The translations under genes were made by a program, and so were the position numbers. The notes under the pieces are model-generated. The model searched no databases, had not been told where the DNA came from, and worked only from the letters and a program-made list of their open reading frames with translations. A DNA stretch of 64,000 bases, from assembly GCA_963664325.2 (NCBI GenBank), contig CAXXDQ010000007.1, positions 864,001-928,000 of the forward strand, read 5' to 3'. Source of the DNA: Desulfomonilia bacterium. GTDB lineage: Bacteria; Desulfobacterota; Desulfomonilia; UBA1062. Positions 61,372-64,000 of the stretch are shown piece by piece. How positions within the stretch are numbered: the stretch's first letter is position 1; every line of letters begins with the position of its first letter.

Positions 61372-61758
61372 TTAACTTTCAAGTCTTTCAATAAGTTTAT
61401 ATAACATTTTCTGTAATTCGTCTATTTGAGCAGAAATAGTATCAAAATCATCCTGTTTCAAATAATTTAGTTCAAAAGCCAGAATTGTATGTGTATCCAG
61501 TTCGGCAAGAGAACCTCTTGCAATCGATAAAAACCTGACAAATTCTTTTGTACTGTTTCGCGCTTGTCCTTCAGCAATATTCGATGGTATTGATGCCGAG
61601 GCCCTGCGAGTTTGATTAGCCAATCCATATTCTTCTTTTTTAGGATAATTCTCAGTTATTCTGTATATAATTTTTGCAAGCTCAATCCCTTTTTTCCAAA
61701 CAATAAGCGACTTATAACTTTTTACAGCACAATGTTCGTTGTTCTCATTATTATTCAT
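61372..61758 (-). CDS. Four-helix-bundle protein (23S rRNA intervening-sequence protein family)
   Basis: YKSLIVWKK, PKKEEYGLANQTRRAS.SIPSNIAEG, FLSIARGSLAEL; low GC. Confidence 0.92.
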   Translation of the reverse strand: MNNNENNEHCAVKSYKSLIVWKKGIELAKIIYRITENYPKKEEYGLANQTRRASASIPSNIAEGQARNSTKEFVRFLSIARGSLAELDTHTILAFELNYLKQDDFDTISAQIDELQKMLYKLIERLES

Positions 61759-61767
61759 GAGCTTTTT

Positions 61768-61878
61768 CTCACCACTCACCACTGTCCACTCACCACTATC
61801 CCTTAACTGTATCTCTTTCCTCACCACACACCACTGTCCACTCACCACTGTCCACTCACCACTATCCCTTGACTGTAT
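61768..61878 (+). repeat. Heptamer arrays (CTCACCA/CTGTCCA)n containing a 41-bp direct duplication
   Basis: 61772-61812 and 61838-61878 match at 40 of 41 nt. Confidence 0.9.
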
Positions 61879-62326
61879 ATTCTCCCCTGTTGACATCAAA
61901 AAAAGTGTCGAATGAAACAGGTTCTGATTCCGGCTCGACCACCAGCATGGCGTTGATCCTGAACCTGAGTGAATTTATCCTTGAATCGCCTTCAACAACG
62001 ACGCTGACATTTCTGAGCCTGGGCTCGAACCTGGCGATCACCTTTTCAATATCCTGCCTGATCGACTTCTTCACCGAGATGTTGCCGGGGTTCTGGGACG
62101 TAAAGTCGCTCACGCCGTAGGTGAACAGGGATTCGGCAACCTCCCTGAATCCTTCCGGCGGGTCGAATATGTGCCGTCTTGTGTTGAGAAGGTTTTCCAG
62201 GTCGCGGACGACCTGCGCCTTGATCTGCCTTATGTCCATATACCGGTCCTGCGCCGCTTCCTGCGACAGGTCAGGATCGTTGTCTATGAGGCGATCAAGG
62301 ATGGAAGGTATAATGTTTTCGTTCAT
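61862..62326 (-). CDS. tssE: Type VI secretion baseplate subunit TssE
   Basis: PSILDRLID, RDLENLLNTR, YGVSD, FEPRL. Confidence 0.93.
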   Translation of the reverse strand: MNENIIPSILDRLIDNDPDLSQEAAQDRYMDIRQIKAQVVRDLENLLNTRRHIFDPPEGFREVAESLFTYGVSDFTSQNPGNISVKKSIRQDIEKVIARFEPRLRNVSVVVEGDSRINSLRFRINAMLVVEPESEPVSFDTFFDVNRGEYTVKG

Positions 62327-62328
62327 TC

Positions 62329-63255
62329 TTAGCCCTGCCAGTCTTCTCTGAGTATCGCATAAAGGACATCGTCCTCGTACCGGCCCCACTTGACAAAGGC
62401 CTGCCTTAAATATCCCTCCTGTTTCATGCCCAGCTTCTGCATGACCTTTCCTGATGCGGGATTGCGCGCAAGGTGCTTCGCCTGTATGCGGTTCAGATTC
62501 ATTTCCTCAAACCCGTATTTTATAAGGGCCGAGGACGCCTCGGTGCAATAGCCCTGTCCCCAGAAATCCTTTCCGATCCAGTAGCCGAGCTCCCCCGAAT
62601 TGCTCGCTTTATCTATATCCAGTATCGAGACGCAGCCTGCAAGCCCGCCGTCTTCCTTGAGCGTGACGGCAAGGGCCAGCATTTTGTTGTTAATGAATTC
62701 ATCCTTATGTGTATTTATCCATGCCTCCGCCGCACCGTCGGGATACGGATGCGGTATTGCCGCTGTCGTATCAGCTACGGCGAAGTCGCCTGCAAGCCTC
62801 TGCAGATCGGACGAGTCAGACAGGTTGAAGGGCCTCAGGACCAGCCTGCCGGTTTCAAGCACGGGCATCTTTCTTTCAGCCTGAACCGGGTGCGGCGTAT
62901 CTTCACAATCCTGATAATTCTCCGGCACAAAACGCGGGGTGCATATGGCCAGGAATATCAGGTCCCTTTCCCCGGTGCTGGTTATCCGCTGTTTTACGCC
63001 GGGATGTATTACCACAACATCGCCTTTTGTTACCGGGGCCGCGCTTTCATCACCGACCTCGGCCAGCCCCTCACCTTCAAGAATAATATAACGTTCGCAG
63101 GTGCCGAGAAGCTTGTGGAACCTTGTTGTAATACCGGGTTCAACCCTTACCCTGGCAATCGAAGCTTCGCCATCGGCAGACGTGTTCCACCATTCGGTAA
63201 CAAAGCACCCTTCATCAATAAAATATTCCCCGGGATTGTTTCTATGTACAGGCAT
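62329..63255 (-). CDS. Cupin domain fused to a RimJ/RimL-type GNAT acetyltransferase
   Basis: ERYIILEGEG, FLAICTPRF; then LETGRLVLRP, ELGYW, WGQGYCTE, NPASGKV. Confidence 0.85.
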   Translation of the reverse strand: MPVHRNNPGEYFIDEGCFVTEWWNTSADGEASIARVRVEPGITTRFHKLLGTCERYIILEGEGLAEVGDESAAPVTKGDVVVIHPGVKQRITSTGERDLIFLAICTPRFVPENYQDCEDTPHPVQAERKMPVLETGRLVLRPFNLSDSSDLQRLAGDFAVADTTAAIPHPYPDGAAEAWINTHKDEFINNKMLALAVTLKEDGGLAGCVSILDIDKASNSGELGYWIGKDFWGQGYCTEASSALIKYGFEEMNLNRIQAKHLARNPASGKVMQKLGMKQEGYLRQAFVKWGRYEDDVLYAILREDWQG

Positions 63256-63289
63256 AATCAATATCGGTGATAATTTTTTCTTTTCTTTT

Positions 63290-63320
63290 CCTCACCACTC
63301 ACCACTTATAACTCATTACC
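63290..63320 (+). repeat. Short heptamer array (CTCACCA)n
   Basis: CTCACCACTCACCACTTATAACTCATTAC. Confidence 0.7.
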
Positions 63321-63335
63321 ATTTTTATAAAGCAA

Positions 63336-63368
63336 ACCCCCTCCGCAATTCATATATCGGAGGGGGTA
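63336..63368 (-). terminator. Hairpin / terminator downstream of hcp
   Basis: ACCCCCTCCG-loop-CGGAGGGGGT with a T-rich tail on the minus strand. Confidence 0.65.
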
Positions 63369-63388
63369 CTGTATATAAAAATTCTATT

Positions 63389-63886
63389 TTACGAACCTTT
63401 GTTGGCCACCAGGTCCCAGTTGGCAGCGACATTGCCCTTGGGTTTGCCTGTCTTGTGGTCGGTCTCGGTATACGTCCACTCCATCTTGCCGTAGTTGAAG
63501 GAAACCTCTTCAATGGGCAGCGTATCTCCCCCCGCCGAAGAGCCCCCCGGCCTCACCGAGCTCACGATGACATCGCTCATCTTGTATTCCATGTATTTAA
63601 CCTTGTCTCCGCCGGCCCTGCAGAGTTCAACCTTGACTTCCTTGATATGGGTGCCGTTGCAGCAGAAAAGATTGAGCTTCGGTGAAGCCTTGTCCAGGGC
63701 CTTGACAATCGAAAACGGGCTGTGCTCGCACCGTTCCGCAGTCCTGCCTCCGCCGCTGCTCACCGAACCGGATGCCGGCTGCGAAACGCCATGGCTGTAG
63801 GACAGTATCTCTATCCAGTCCTTGTGCTTGTCATCCGTGCTCTCTCCCGGTATCCCTTCTATTTTCAAAAAAGCGTCAAACGCCAT
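63389..63886 (-). CDS. hcp: Type VI secretion tube protein Hcp
   Basis: FLKIEGIPGES.D..HKDWIE, K..DKASP.L, E.VSFNY.K. Confidence 0.97.
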   Translation of the reverse strand: MAFDAFLKIEGIPGESTDDKHKDWIEILSYSHGVSQPASGSVSSGGGRTAERCEHSPFSIVKALDKASPKLNLFCCNGTHIKEVKVELCRAGGDKVKYMEYKMSDVIVSSVRPGGSSAGGDTLPIEEVSFNYGKMEWTYTETDHKTGKPKGNVAANWDLVANKGS

Positions 63887-63964
63887 TGTTACTCCCTCCC
63901 TTTCTTGTTTTTTTCATCACGTATCCGGTGACGGGTGTGCAACCCGTCCCCTGAATTATGTTTT

Positions 63965-64000
63965 CTATCCCTTTGCCGGAGGCGGAAGCTCTGCAACAAG
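63965..64000 (-). CDS. tssC: 3' end of probable T6SS sheath subunit TssC (partial)
   Basis: LVAELPPPAKG* directly upstream of hcp; only 12 codons visible. Confidence 0.6.
   Translation of the reverse strand, partial: LVAELPPPAKG

Noticed and set aside
61275-61878. Heptamer arrays as a CRISPR array, or the four-helix gene as part of a DGR
   Set aside because: No spacers or cas genes; no reverse transcriptase or template/variable repeat pair in the window.

Overview
About 52% GC bacterial DNA, probably from an anaerobic Desulfobacterota-like lineage (inferred from gene content only). It is an accessory-type region. Contents from left to right: a single-ORF fusion of a radical-SAM activase to a glycyl-radical enzyme; a low-GC cassette (cyclase remnant, Cache lipoprotein, NCS2 permease) between two ~423-bp direct repeats; a long run of exported hydrolases, two of which end in a bare C-terminal CFI motif; a frameshifted C45 peptidase; an orphan Cys-repeat RiPP-like precursor next to an HlyD remnant; three UroD/MtaA-family genes, one fused to a corrinoid domain; and REP-like repeats. 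The right end holds part of a type VI secretion operon (tssC end, hcp, tssE, tssF, tssG). That operon is interrupted by a cupin-GNAT gene and by a four-helix-bundle gene enclosed in inverted heptamer arrays that carry copied host gene ends. I recognised no rRNA, tRNA or CRISPR array. All family calls come from motif recognition by eye, not from database searches.
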